Assembly: GCA_963835085.1 (NCBI GenBank)
Contig: CAWIED010000001.1
Coordinates: 1,998,474-2,062,473, forward strand
DNA: 64,000 nucleotides
DNA from: an uncultured Actinomycetota bacterium
Lineage (GTDB): Bacteria > Actinomycetota > Actinomycetes > Actinomycetales > CAWJMD01
Direction of reading: 5' to 3'
The notes below the pieces were generated by a model. The model ran no database searches, was not told the origin of the DNA, and saw only the letters and a list, made by a program, of their open reading frames with translations. This document shows positions 19,040 to 28,839 of this stretch, piece by piece. Position 1 is the first letter of the stretch; each line of letters starts with the position of its first letter. The translations under genes were made by a program, and so were the position numbers.

Positions 19040-20130
19040 GAGGCCAGTGGCGGCGGCGGTTCGGGCCTACCGACACGTGCTCTCGAGGGTTGCCGCCGCC
19101 CGACCGGCTCAACCTCGACGCTGTCACGAATCCGCCCACCCCGGTCGACCCAGCGCGGGCGGTCGGGCGGTGGACCTACTCCAACGTGGGACGTGTTGAC
19201 CAACCCGAAGTACACCGGGCACATGGTCTGGAACCGCCGCGCCCGCAAATCCGGCGGCAACACCGCAAACCCCTTGTCGGCGTGGGTGTGGTCACCCCAG
19301 CCCGTCCACGACGTCCTGGTCGATCTGGACACCTTCATCCAGGTCCAACAGATCAGCGGACACCGGTTCGGCTTCCGCAGCACCCCCGAACCCAACCGGC
19401 ATCCGCACACTCGGCGCTCCTACCTGTTCCGCACCTACCTGTGCTGCCAGCTGTGTGGGCGGCGGATGTTCGGAAAGACCCGCCGCCGCAGCGCCTACTA
19501 CGTGTGCGCGCCCAAGAAGGGCTACCTCCCACCCGACCACGCCAGCGGAGGCAGCTACTTCCTGCGTGAGGACGTGCTGATCGACAAGCTCAAGGAGTTC
19601 CTTGCCGAGCACGTCTTCGGTGCTTACCGCCGGCACCTGCTCGACGCGCACCTGCGCCACCTCGACCAGAGCGCCCGGCAGGAACGGGAACAGCAGCTCA
19701 CCACGCTGCGCCGGAGTATCGACGACACCGACACCAAGATCCGGCGGATCATCCGGAACCTGGAACTGGTCGATGACCCCGACCCGGACCTGACCCGCGC
19801 ATCACCCAACGCCGGGCCGAGCTCCGCGCCCGCAAACACGACCTGCAGGCCCAGCTGGCCGACGCCGAGCAGCGCCTCCACCAGACACCCAACCGGGACC
19901 TGATCGACAGCCTGCCCGTCACACCCGGATCGAGCTGACCCGGCTCCCCGAAGAGCTCACCCGCACGCTCTTCGAAGCCCTCCGGCTGGAGATCCACTAC
20001 AACCGCGACACCAACACCGTCGCCTGCCGCGTGACCCTGACCGGCCCCACGATCACAGCCACCACCCAGGCAGCCCACAACGCCGCCACGATCACAGCCT
20101 GGCAGCCACCGAAACCATCTCACCAACAGA
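19040..20130 (+). mobile_element. large serine recombinase remnant (recombinase, zinc-ribbon and coiled-coil domains; catalytic N-domain missing; at least 4 frameshifts)
   Basis: LTNPKYTGHMVWNRR..., zinc ribbon YLCCQLCGRRMFGKTRRRSAYYVCAPKKG, coiled coil EREQQLTTLRRSIDDTDTKIRRIIRNLELVDDPDPD. Shifts near 19075, 19190, 19790 (to RITQRRAELRARKHDLQAQLADAEQRLHQTPNRDLIDSLPV) and 19925 (to IELTRLPEELTRTLFEALRLEIHYNRDTNTVACRVTLTG). No resolvase-type N-terminal domain upstream. Confidence 0.7.
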
Positions 20131-20194
20131 AAGGTGACGGCAACGGGCCCGGTGTTGTCCGCAGCGGGACCTCAACCCGGTCCCATCCTTGTAG

Positions 20195-20266
20195 TGCCCC
20201 CGGCAGGATTCGAACCTGCGCTTCCGCCTCCGGAGGGCGGCGCTCTATCCCCTGAGCTACGGGGGC
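20195..20266 (-). tRNA. tRNA-Arg (anticodon CCG)
   Basis: Reverse complement GCCCCCG TA GCTC AGGGGATA GAGC G CCGCC CTCCGGA GGCGG AAGC GCAGG TTCGAAT CCTGC CGGGGGC A folds as a 72-nt cloverleaf. Anticodon loop is CT-CCG-GA; no encoded CCA. Confidence 0.9.
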
Positions 20267-20312
20267 CGATCAGGCCAACGACGCAGAACTCTACCAGTCC
20301 TCAGACCCAGCT

Positions 20313-20347
20313 CTGGGACGGCAACTACCGCTGTAGGGCCGTCCCAG
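20313..20347 (-). terminator. hairpin downstream of the M15 peptidase gene
   Basis: CTGGGACGGC (20313-20322) pairs with GCCGTCCCAG (20338-20347): 10-bp stem, 15-nt loop, 12 nt after the stop codon. No clear U-tract. Confidence 0.45.
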
Positions 20348-20358
20348 CCGAGCGTGAC

Positions 20359-21276
20359 TCAGCCGTGCCGAGAGTAGGTCCTCTTCGTCGCCTTGCGAAC
20401 TGTCGACGCGGTGGACGTCGGAGCAGCCTGGGCGGCTTGGGCAGCCTTCTGCACCGCCACGGCCGAGACGTATTCGAAGTGCCACGGCTCGTGCGGACCC
20501 GTGCCACCGGCCCGCGCCCAGGCCGGGTTGTCCCAGCCGTACGCCGGAGCGTTGGCCACCATCCAGGCCCACTGCGGCGAGGTGTCGTCCTGGACGCCGG
20601 CGCAGAGGTCCACGGCCAGACCCCAGCCGTGGTTGCTGAGGCCGGCCGGGGCCGCCAGCCCGGGCCGCTCAGCCTTGACCTGTGCCTGCTGGTCGTAGCT
20701 GCGGTAAGCGGAGTTGACGCATAGATCGGTGCCGAAGGCTGCAAAGTAGTCCGCATTGAGACGGCCCAAAGCGAGCGCCGCGTCGGCGCGCACCTGCTTG
20801 CCGTCGGTCCAGGGCAGCACGCACAGGTCAGCAGGAGCGAGTCTGCTGTTGGCCGCGTTGGGATCGGTCACGTTGCCGCTGCAGTTCGGCACCACCGCGT
20901 GCGCCTGGTTGGCCGCTGCAGCCAGGCCTTGCGCCTGCAGGGCCTGAAGCTCGGCCGCACTGAGCACGATGTGCTGCGTCGATTGGAATTCTGCGGGTGC
21001 TGGCTCCGGTTCGGCGTCGGGCTGCACGGTAGTGAACGGCACCGGCGGCAGCGTCGCGCTGGCACGAGGAGTCTCGGACGCCTGCGCACCTCGGGCAGAC
21101 ACGCCGACACCGTGCAGGGTGAGCGCCGGGGCGACGATGGCGGCAGCACTCACCGTGACCACCAGGGAGGCACGCAGCGTGCGTCGTCCTCGAGGATCCG
21201 GAACCGGCACGCACTCACCCGGACGATGATCGGCGGTGGTGCGGGCACGTCGAGCATCGAGCTTGAACAGCGGCAC
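20359..21276 (-). CDS. M15 family metallopeptidase (VanY / D-alanyl-D-alanine carboxypeptidase-like), secreted
   Basis: GTG 21276 preceded by GGAGGA at 7 nt. Hydrophobic signal-like segment LVVTVSAAAIVAPA. Catalytic-domain motifs SAYRSYDQQ ... NHGWGLAVDL ... EPWHFEY. Confidence 0.8.
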   Translation of the reverse strand: MPLFKLDARRARTTADHRPGECVPVPDPRGRRTLRASLVVTVSAAAIVAPALTLHGVGVSARGAQASETPRASATLPPVPFTTVQPDAEPEPAPAEFQSTQHIVLSAAELQALQAQGLAAAANQAHAVVPNCSGNVTDPNAANSRLAPADLCVLPWTDGKQVRADAALALGRLNADYFAAFGTDLCVNSAYRSYDQQAQVKAERPGLAAPAGLSNHGWGLAVDLCAGVQDDTSPQWAWMVANAPAYGWDNPAWARAGGTGPHEPWHFEYVSAVAVQKAAQAAQAAPTSTASTVRKATKRTYSRHG

Positions 21277-21537
21277 TCGTGGGTCCTCCACAGGTTGGCG
21301 GCCACTCCGCAACCACGCGGAGTTACCTTTTCCCCCCACATGGGGTAACGGCAAAGTCACGGGAGCGTAACAGCGCAGCGTGTCGTGACGTCAAATCGAC
21401 GCCGCGCACAGGCCCGTCTCGCGTTCTGCGCGATTGCGGACTATCCCACGCTCGGGCGCGTCGCGGAGTGGGGCGATTGTGCTGAAACCCGTTGCACATC
21501 CGAAGAACTCATGCTGAGCGACGCAGCCGTCCGATCT

Positions 21538-22578
21538 TCAGTGGCGATGCCGGCGAGCCCGGCTGTCTTGAGCTTCGTCACTTATCTCACCGACCAGCTC
21601 TTCGAGAACGTCTTCAAGAAAGACCACACCGAGCTGCCCGCCATGACCGTCTACCACCCGCACCAGGTGACCCCGGGAGATCTGCATAGCGGCCAGCACC
21701 TCCTCGACCTCGGCGGCGGCGGAGATATCCGTGAAGGAGCGCACCACCGACTGCTGCATGGGCTGGTGGTAGCTCGCGTCATCGACGCCGAGCACATCCT
21801 TGACGTGGACATAGCCGATGAGTCGCTCGCCGAGACGCACCAGGTAGCGCGAGAACCCGTGCCGGCGGACGCAGTCCTCCACGTCGGCCGGGCTCGCGGA
21901 AAGGTCGAGGGTGACCAGTTCGGAAATTGGAATCATGACGTCGGAGGCCACGTGATCGCTGAACTCCAAGGCCTCTGTCATCAGTCGGCCATCGCCGATC
22001 AGGCCTTCCTCACGGGAGGAGTCGACGATGGCCTGCACTTGCTCGACCGTGTAGGTGGAGGCCACTTCGTCGCGTGCTTCGACCCCGAGAGCACGCAGCA
22101 TCAGGTTGGCCAGGGTGTTGAGCAACCAGATCACCGGGCGCAGCACTCGTGACACCCAGACCAAGGGGGGCGCCAGGAGCAAGGCCGCCCGCTCGGGCAG
22201 GGCGATGGCAAGGTTCTTGGGCACCATCTCGCCCACCACCACGTGCAGATACACCACCAGGGCCAAGGCCAGGGCGAACGCAATGGGGTGGATGAGTTCG
22301 GTGGGCACCCCGAAGACCTCGAACGGCACCGCGAGCAGGTGGGCCAGGGCAGGCTCCGCCACGGCACCCAAACCTAGGGAACACACGGTGATGCCCAGCT
22401 GGCAGGCAGCCAACATGAGCGAGACGTTCTCCATCGCGTGCAAGGCAGTGCGCGCAGCGGTGCTGCCAGCCGCCGCGCGCGGTTCGATCTGCGTACGCCG
22501 CGCGGACATGATGGCGAACTCGGCACCCACGAAGAAGGCGTTGCCCACAAGCAGCACCAACCCCAGGAGCAGGTTCAT
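21538..22578 (-). CDS. hemolysin-family membrane protein (CNNM/DUF21 + CBS pair + CorC_HlyC)
   Basis: ATG 22578 (ATGA overlap): MNLLLGLVLLVGNAFFVGAEFAIMSARRTQIE..., with CBS and C-terminal transporter-associated domains. Paralog of the upstream gene. Confidence 0.9.
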   Translation of the reverse strand: MNLLLGLVLLVGNAFFVGAEFAIMSARRTQIEPRAAAGSTAARTALHAMENVSLMLAACQLGITVCSLGLGAVAEPALAHLLAVPFEVFGVPTELIHPIAFALALALVVYLHVVVGEMVPKNLAIALPERAALLLAPPLVWVSRVLRPVIWLLNTLANLMLRALGVEARDEVASTYTVEQVQAIVDSSREEGLIGDGRLMTEALEFSDHVASDVMIPISELVTLDLSASPADVEDCVRRHGFSRYLVRLGERLIGYVHVKDVLGVDDASYHQPMQQSVVRSFTDISAAAEVEEVLAAMQISRGHLVRVVDGHGGQLGVVFLEDVLEELVGEISDEAQDSRARRHRH

Positions 22579-23894
22579 TCGTCGTCCTCTGCTTCGGGGA
22601 GGGGGTCGTGTCGCAACCTGATCAATTCGATGCGGCGAACGGCGATCGCCTCGACCCTGAGCAGCCACTCACCGGCCCGCACCTCGTCGCCCACCACGGC
22701 GAGGCGACCGAGTTCGTCGAGAACGAAGCCGGCGACCGTCTCGTAGTCGGGACGGTCGGGCACCGGCGCGCCGATGCCGTCGCGAATCTCGTCCGGACGC
22801 ATGTCGCCCGGCACCAGCACCGAGCCGTCGAGCGACGGCTCCAGGCGCGGGTCTTCCTGATCGTGCTCGTCGACGACCTCGCCCACGAGCTCCTCCACGA
22901 GATCTTCGAGGGTGACCACCCCGGCCGTGCCGCCGTACTCGTCGGTTACCACGGCCATCTGCAGGCCCTGGGTGCGCAGTTGCAGCAACAGCGGGTCGAG
23001 CCGGAGCGTCTCCGGCACCCGCAGCGGCTCTGCCATCAGGGCGCCCACGTGCGCCTCCGACCGGCGGGCGCGCGGGACCGCGACCGCCCACTTGATATGG
23101 ACGACGCCGACGATGTCGTCGATGCCGTCGCCCACCACCGGAAATCGCGAGTGCCCGGTCTCGGCGGCCACCCGCACCACGTCTTCCGCCGTGGCCGACT
23201 CCTCCACCGTCGCGACGTCGACGCGGTGAGTCATGACGTCACTCGCGCTGTGCTCGGAGAAGCCGATGGATCGGGCGACCAGATTGGCCGTGCCTTCGTC
23301 GAGAGTGCCCGCTTCGGCTGAGCGCTTGACGAGGAAGACTAGCTCTTCGGGCGAGCGCCCGGACGATAGCTCCTCCTGCGGTTCGATGCCCCACGACCTC
23401 AGCACGCGGTTGGCCGATCCGTTCAGTACCGCGATCACCGGCCGGAAGACCCAGGTGAACGCTCGCTGCACGGGAACTGCCCACAGCGCTGTGGCCATAG
23501 GCCCGGCGATCGCCAGGTTCTTAGGCACCAACTCCCCCACCAGCATGGAGACCGCGGTGGCAAGCACCATGCCCAGGGCCACGGCGACGGGGGCGGCACT
23601 ACCTGCGCTCAGCCCTACGTCGACCAGCAATGGTTGCAGCAGCCGCGACAGCGATGGCTCCACGAGGTAGCCCACGAGCAACGTGGTGATCGTGATGCCC
23701 ACCTGAGCGCCAGACAGCTGGGTGGAGAGCGTCTTGAGGCCGGCCAGGACACTAGCGGCCGCGGCCGAGCTCTGGGCTTCGCGTTCGACATCGGGCCGGT
23801 CAAGGGTGATGAGGGAGAACTCGGCTGCCACGAACACCCCCGTGGCGAGCGTGAGCAGCACGCCCACCCCCAGCAACACCCACTCCAGCAGCAC
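22575..23894 (-). CDS. hemolysin-family membrane protein (CNNM/DUF21 + CBS pair + CorC_HlyC)
   Basis: 439-aa ORF with GTG start. LLEWVLLGVGVLLTLATGVFVAAEFSLITLDRPDVE ... two CBS motifs ... C-terminal CorC_HlyC-like RVEAIAVRRIELIRL. Confidence 0.9.
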   Translation of the reverse strand: MLLEWVLLGVGVLLTLATGVFVAAEFSLITLDRPDVEREAQSSAAAASVLAGLKTLSTQLSGAQVGITITTLLVGYLVEPSLSRLLQPLLVDVGLSAGSAAPVAVALGMVLATAVSMLVGELVPKNLAIAGPMATALWAVPVQRAFTWVFRPVIAVLNGSANRVLRSWGIEPQEELSSGRSPEELVFLVKRSAEAGTLDEGTANLVARSIGFSEHSASDVMTHRVDVATVEESATAEDVVRVAAETGHSRFPVVGDGIDDIVGVVHIKWAVAVPRARRSEAHVGALMAEPLRVPETLRLDPLLLQLRTQGLQMAVVTDEYGGTAGVVTLEDLVEELVGEVVDEHDQEDPRLEPSLDGSVLVPGDMRPDEIRDGIGAPVPDRPDYETVAGFVLDELGRLAVVGDEVRAGEWLLRVEAIAVRRIELIRLRHDPLPEAEDDE

Positions 23895-23992
23895 CCGGCA
23901 AGTCTAGGCAAAGCCACCGACAGCGGATGACCAAACCCCGGGCCGAACCGGCCCGGGGTCTGTGTGGAGAGCGTGAAACTCGTTGCGACCGA

Positions 23993-24493
23993 TCAGCTTT
24001 CGACGGCCGCCAGCGCCGAGTCATAGTCGGGCTCCTGACCGATCTCGGGCACCTGCTGGGTGTAGGAGACCGTGCCGTCGGGGGTGACCACGACGACTGC
24101 CCGCGACAGCAGGCCACGTAGCGGGCCCTCGGTCATCGTGACGCCGTAGACCTCGCCGAAGTCAGACCGGAAGGCCGAGGCGCTCGAGACGTTCTCGATG
24201 CCCTCGGCACCACAGAACCGTGCCTGCGCGAACGGCAGGTCGGCCGACACGTTGAGCACCGCCACCTGGTCGTTGCCGGCGACCTTCTGGTTGAAGGTGC
24301 GCACGCTGGCGGCGCAGACACCCGTGTCGAGACTCGGAAAGATGTTGAGCACCAGGGTCCTGCCGGCGAAGTCGCCGTGCGAGACCTCCGACAAGTTGGA
24401 GCCGACGAGGCTGAACTCCGGCGCGGTGGAGCCGACGGCCGGGAGTTCGCCGACTGTGCTGATGGGATTGCCCTTGAACGTGATCGAAGCCAT
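23993..24493 (-). CDS. tpx: thiol peroxidase
   Basis: MASITFKGNPISTVGELPAVGSTAPEFSLVGSNL...LNIFPSLDTGVCAASVRTFN: canonical Tpx N-terminus and peroxidatic Cys context. Confidence 0.9.
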   Translation of the reverse strand: MASITFKGNPISTVGELPAVGSTAPEFSLVGSNLSEVSHGDFAGRTLVLNIFPSLDTGVCAASVRTFNQKVAGNDQVAVLNVSADLPFAQARFCGAEGIENVSSASAFRSDFGEVYGVTMTEGPLRGLLSRAVVVVTPDGTVSYTQQVPEIGQEPDYDSALAAVES

Positions 24494-24574
24494 ATCGCGA
24501 TCCAATCACACGGGCCGAGCCATGCTGCGACGGCCTCGGAATGAGCCTCGTCGGCACCGACCGCCGAGCGGGTT

Positions 24575-26089
<1,515 letters not shown>

Positions 26090-26190
26090 TCATCGGCATG
26101 CGGCCGGGCAAGGCCGGTTAGGGTCAATGCCGTTCGGTAGCTGTCAGGTTCGATTGCCATGATCTTCGTGGAGCTCAGCCAGGCGGGCAG

Positions 26191-26250
26191 CCCAGCCGAG
26201 CGGCCAGCCCAGCCGAGCGGGCGGCCCAGCCGAGCGGGCGGCCCAGCGGC
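26191..26250. repeat. 17-nt tandem repeat, about 3.5 copies
   Basis: CCCAGCCGAGCGGCCAG CCCAGCCGAGCGGGCGG CCCAGCCGAGCGGGCGG CCCAGCGGC in the 800-nt non-coding gap between guaB1 and the response regulator. Confidence 0.8.
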
Positions 26251-26367
26251 ACAGGAGTGGAGCCTGGAGCTGGCGGATGAAGCCTGGCGAGGGGAAGCGT
26301 CAACCTGTCCGCGTCTTCCGCAATAGGCGGTTTCGATAGTCGCGGGCAGGGGGGCTTTCCTGCGCTA

Positions 26368-26396
26368 TGGCGATGCCCCGTCCGGCGGGGCATTGC
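26368..26396. repeat. ATGCCCC hairpin element (family member 1)
   Basis: GGCGATGCCCC gtccggc GGGGCATTGCC: 11-bp stem (one G-U), 7-nt loop, flanked by GCTAT../..AAAGC. Related to 39161-39199 and 48333-48352. Confidence 0.7.
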
Positions 26397-26473
26397 CAAA
26401 GCGTCGGAAACCGACCCCCTTTCACAGCCCTGTCGAAGCCGGACTCGACGCATCACCGTCCAGGGTCGTTGGG

Positions 26474-26582
26474 TGGTGCCGTTCGCGGTGTATTCGCCGC
26501 GGTTGGCACCGGGTGGAGCGCCGGAGTAGGGGTTGGGGTCGTTGAGTGGTGCCGGCCGCGGTATATCCCCGCGTTGGCAGCG
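26474..26582. repeat. two copies of the 73-nt-spaced GGTGCC...GGCACC hairpin repeat
   Basis: GGTGCCGTTCGCGGTGTATTCGCCGCGGTTGGCACC (26474-26509) and GGTGCCGGCCGCGGTATATCCCCGCGTTGGCAGC (26547-26582). Same core as the 48.4 kb array. Confidence 0.75.
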
Positions 26583-26869
26583 GGTCAGGCGTCTGATGTC
26601 GAAAGATCGGCTCAGAAGTCGGCAAGACTGTGATGCACCATCCTCCAAAGGCTGCGGCTTCCTCCCCAGACGCAACGCCGAAATCCGGGTTGACACCCAC
26701 TCCCGCACCTCTAGCCGAAACGGCACTACGGCTAGGAGATGCACCGCCCACGTCCGAACCCGGAAGAGCACTTCGTGTCCGGAGCTTGTCGAGATCCTGA
26801 GCAGAATCTGAGCTCAACCCGAGCTAAATCTGGTACAAGCGAGCACAAAATGGTCTCGCATTCAGGCCG

Positions 26870-27631
26870 TTGTCAGTGGTCGCGCCTACGCTGACAAGCG
26901 TGAGCAGCCCATCCCCCCAGCGCCCCGTCCCACTGCGCCCCGTCAACGTGTTGGTCGTCGAAGACGAACCGGCCATCGCCCAGGCGGTCGTCACCCGGCT
27001 GCGGAGCGAGGGCTGGCACGCCACCGCGGTGCACGACGGCACCACTGCCATTCGGGTCGCCAGCACCACCCAGCCCGACCTCGTGGTGCTCGACGTCATG
27101 CTTCCGGGCGTAGACGGGCACGAGGTGTGCCGCCGCATCCAGGCCGAGCGCCCGGTGCCGGTGCTCATGCTGACGGCCCGCGACGACGAGACCGACCTGC
27201 TCGTCGGCCTGGGCGTGGGCGCCGACGACTACATGACCAAACCGTTCTCCATGCGCGAGCTCGTGGCCCGGGTGAAGGTTCTGCTGCGCCGGGTCGAGCG
27301 GGCCAACACGCTGGCACACACTCCCACCGACGCCCCCCTGCGCTTCGGCGACGTAGAGATCGACGAACGCGAGCGCCGGGTCCGTCGCGCGGGCCAGACG
27401 GTACATCTCACTCCTACCGAGTTCGATCTCCTTGTTTGTCTGGCCCACGAACCCAAGGCCGTGCTCACCCGTGAGCGGTTGCTGGCCGAGGTGTGGGACT
27501 GGGCCGACGCCTCGGGCACCCGAACGGTCGATTCCCATGTCAAGGCCGTGCGGCGCAAGCTCGGCCCCGACCTGATCCGCACGGTGCACGGGGTGGGCTA
27601 CGCCCTCGACGTCACCCCCGACGACACGTGA
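26870..27631 (+). CDS. OmpR/PhoB-family response regulator
   Basis: VLVVEDEPAIAQAV...DLVVLDVMLPGVDGHEVCRRI...PVLMLTARDDE...GADDYMTKPF (receiver) plus winged-helix C-terminus LTPTEFDLLVCLA...VHGVGYAL. The TTG 26870 start is uncertain; GTG 26900 is possible. Confidence 0.9.
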   Translation: MSVVAPTLTSVSSPSPQRPVPLRPVNVLVVEDEPAIAQAVVTRLRSEGWHATAVHDGTTAIRVASTTQPDLVVLDVMLPGVDGHEVCRRIQAERPVPVLMLTARDDETDLLVGLGVGADDYMTKPFSMRELVARVKVLLRRVERANTLAHTPTDAPLRFGDVEIDERERRVRRAGQTVHLTPTEFDLLVCLAHEPKAVLTRERLLAEVWDWADASGTRTVDSHVKAVRRKLGPDLIRTVHGVGYALDVTPDDT

Positions 27632-27638
27632 GCCCGCC

Positions 27639-28700
27639 ATGCGTTCCCGGCTGACGGACGTGCGCCCGCTCGACCCGATCCGCTCGATCAAGGTCAAGTT
27701 CGGCCTGCTCGTGGCGGCCAGCGTGGCCGCCTCGGTGGTCATCACCTGGGCGCTCTATCGCGACGGCGTGGGCCCGCGTTACACGCTGCCCGGCGCGGTG
27801 CTCGGATCGCTGCTCATCACCCAGCTGCTCGCCAGGGGCATGACCTCGCCGCTGCGCGAGATGACGGCGGCCGCCAAACGCATGACCACGGGCGACTACT
27901 CCAGCAGGGTGCGCGCCACCAGCCACGACGAGGTGGGGCAGCTTGCGGAGGCCTTCAATCGGATGGCCGCCGACCTGGCCGAGGTAGACCAACAGCGGCG
28001 CGACCTCGTGGCCAACGTGAGCCACGAGTTGCGCACGCCCGTGGCCGCCCTGCGCGCAACCTTGGAGAACCTGGTCGACGGAGTCACCGAGGCAGACCCG
28101 GAGACGTTGCGCATGGCCCTGACCCAGACCGAACGACTCGGAGAGCTCGTCAAAGAACTGCTCGATCTGTCGCGGCTGGAGGCCGGCGCGGTGCCGTTGC
28201 ACATCATGGAGTTGCCGGTCGAGGTCTTCCTCGACAACGCCATCGATGAGGCGCGCATGGTCAGCGCCGGCGTCAACCGGGTCGTCAACTGGCAGTTGCA
28301 AGTAGAACCACCCGACCTCACGCTCCCGGCCGACCAGGCGCGACTGCATCAGGTGATCTTCAACCTGCTTGACAACGCCGCCCGGCACAGCCCCTCAGGC
28401 AGCACGGTGCTCGTCCGGGCCTACGCCGAGCCCGATCCGGTGGGAGGCGCACCGAGTGTCGTTCTCGAGGTGTGCGACGAAGGGCCAGGCATCGCCCCGG
28501 CCGAACGATCACGGGTCTTCGAACGGTTCCACCGGGCAGGGGCCACTCAATCCTCGGGCGGCGGCACGGGTCTGGGCCTGGCCATCGCCCGTTGGGCGGT
28601 GCGGCTGCATGGCGGCACGATCCAGGTAGGCGACTCCGACGTGGGGGCACGGATGGTTGTACGGCTGCCCGCGCAGACGCAAGTCGGTGCCACGGTCTAG
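27639..28700 (+). CDS. sensor histidine kinase (TM-HAMP-HisKA-HATPase_c)
   Basis: 353 aa. HAMP segment, H-box VANVSHELRTPVAAL, N box FNLLDNAARHSP, G boxes DEGPGI and GGGTGLGLAI. Confidence 0.9.
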   Translation: MRSRLTDVRPLDPIRSIKVKFGLLVAASVAASVVITWALYRDGVGPRYTLPGAVLGSLLITQLLARGMTSPLREMTAAAKRMTTGDYSSRVRATSHDEVGQLAEAFNRMAADLAEVDQQRRDLVANVSHELRTPVAALRATLENLVDGVTEADPETLRMALTQTERLGELVKELLDLSRLEAGAVPLHIMELPVEVFLDNAIDEARMVSAGVNRVVNWQLQVEPPDLTLPADQARLHQVIFNLLDNAARHSPSGSTVLVRAYAEPDPVGGAPSVVLEVCDEGPGIAPAERSRVFERFHRAGATQSSGGGTGLGLAIARWAVRLHGGTIQVGDSDVGARMVVRLPAQTQVGATV

Positions 28701-28839
28701 TGTGTCCAGGTGGGTAGGCAGCAGTTCTGCTGGCATACGCAGGTGTTCGGGGCGAACCGCAGGTGTTCGGTGAACCCACGTTCGACGAACGCCGCGTTTC
28801 TTGCTGAACGGCAGCCGATCACTCCAGAACGAGGATCAG

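Noticed and set aside
21250-21540. c-di-AMP (ydaO-type) riboswitch upstream of the M15 cell-wall peptidase
   Set aside because: I could not find the conserved ydaO blocks (GGGGACCCA, CCGA..CCC, AGCUAACCUCGUAAGCG-like), only generic hairpins. It needs an Infernal scan before any call.
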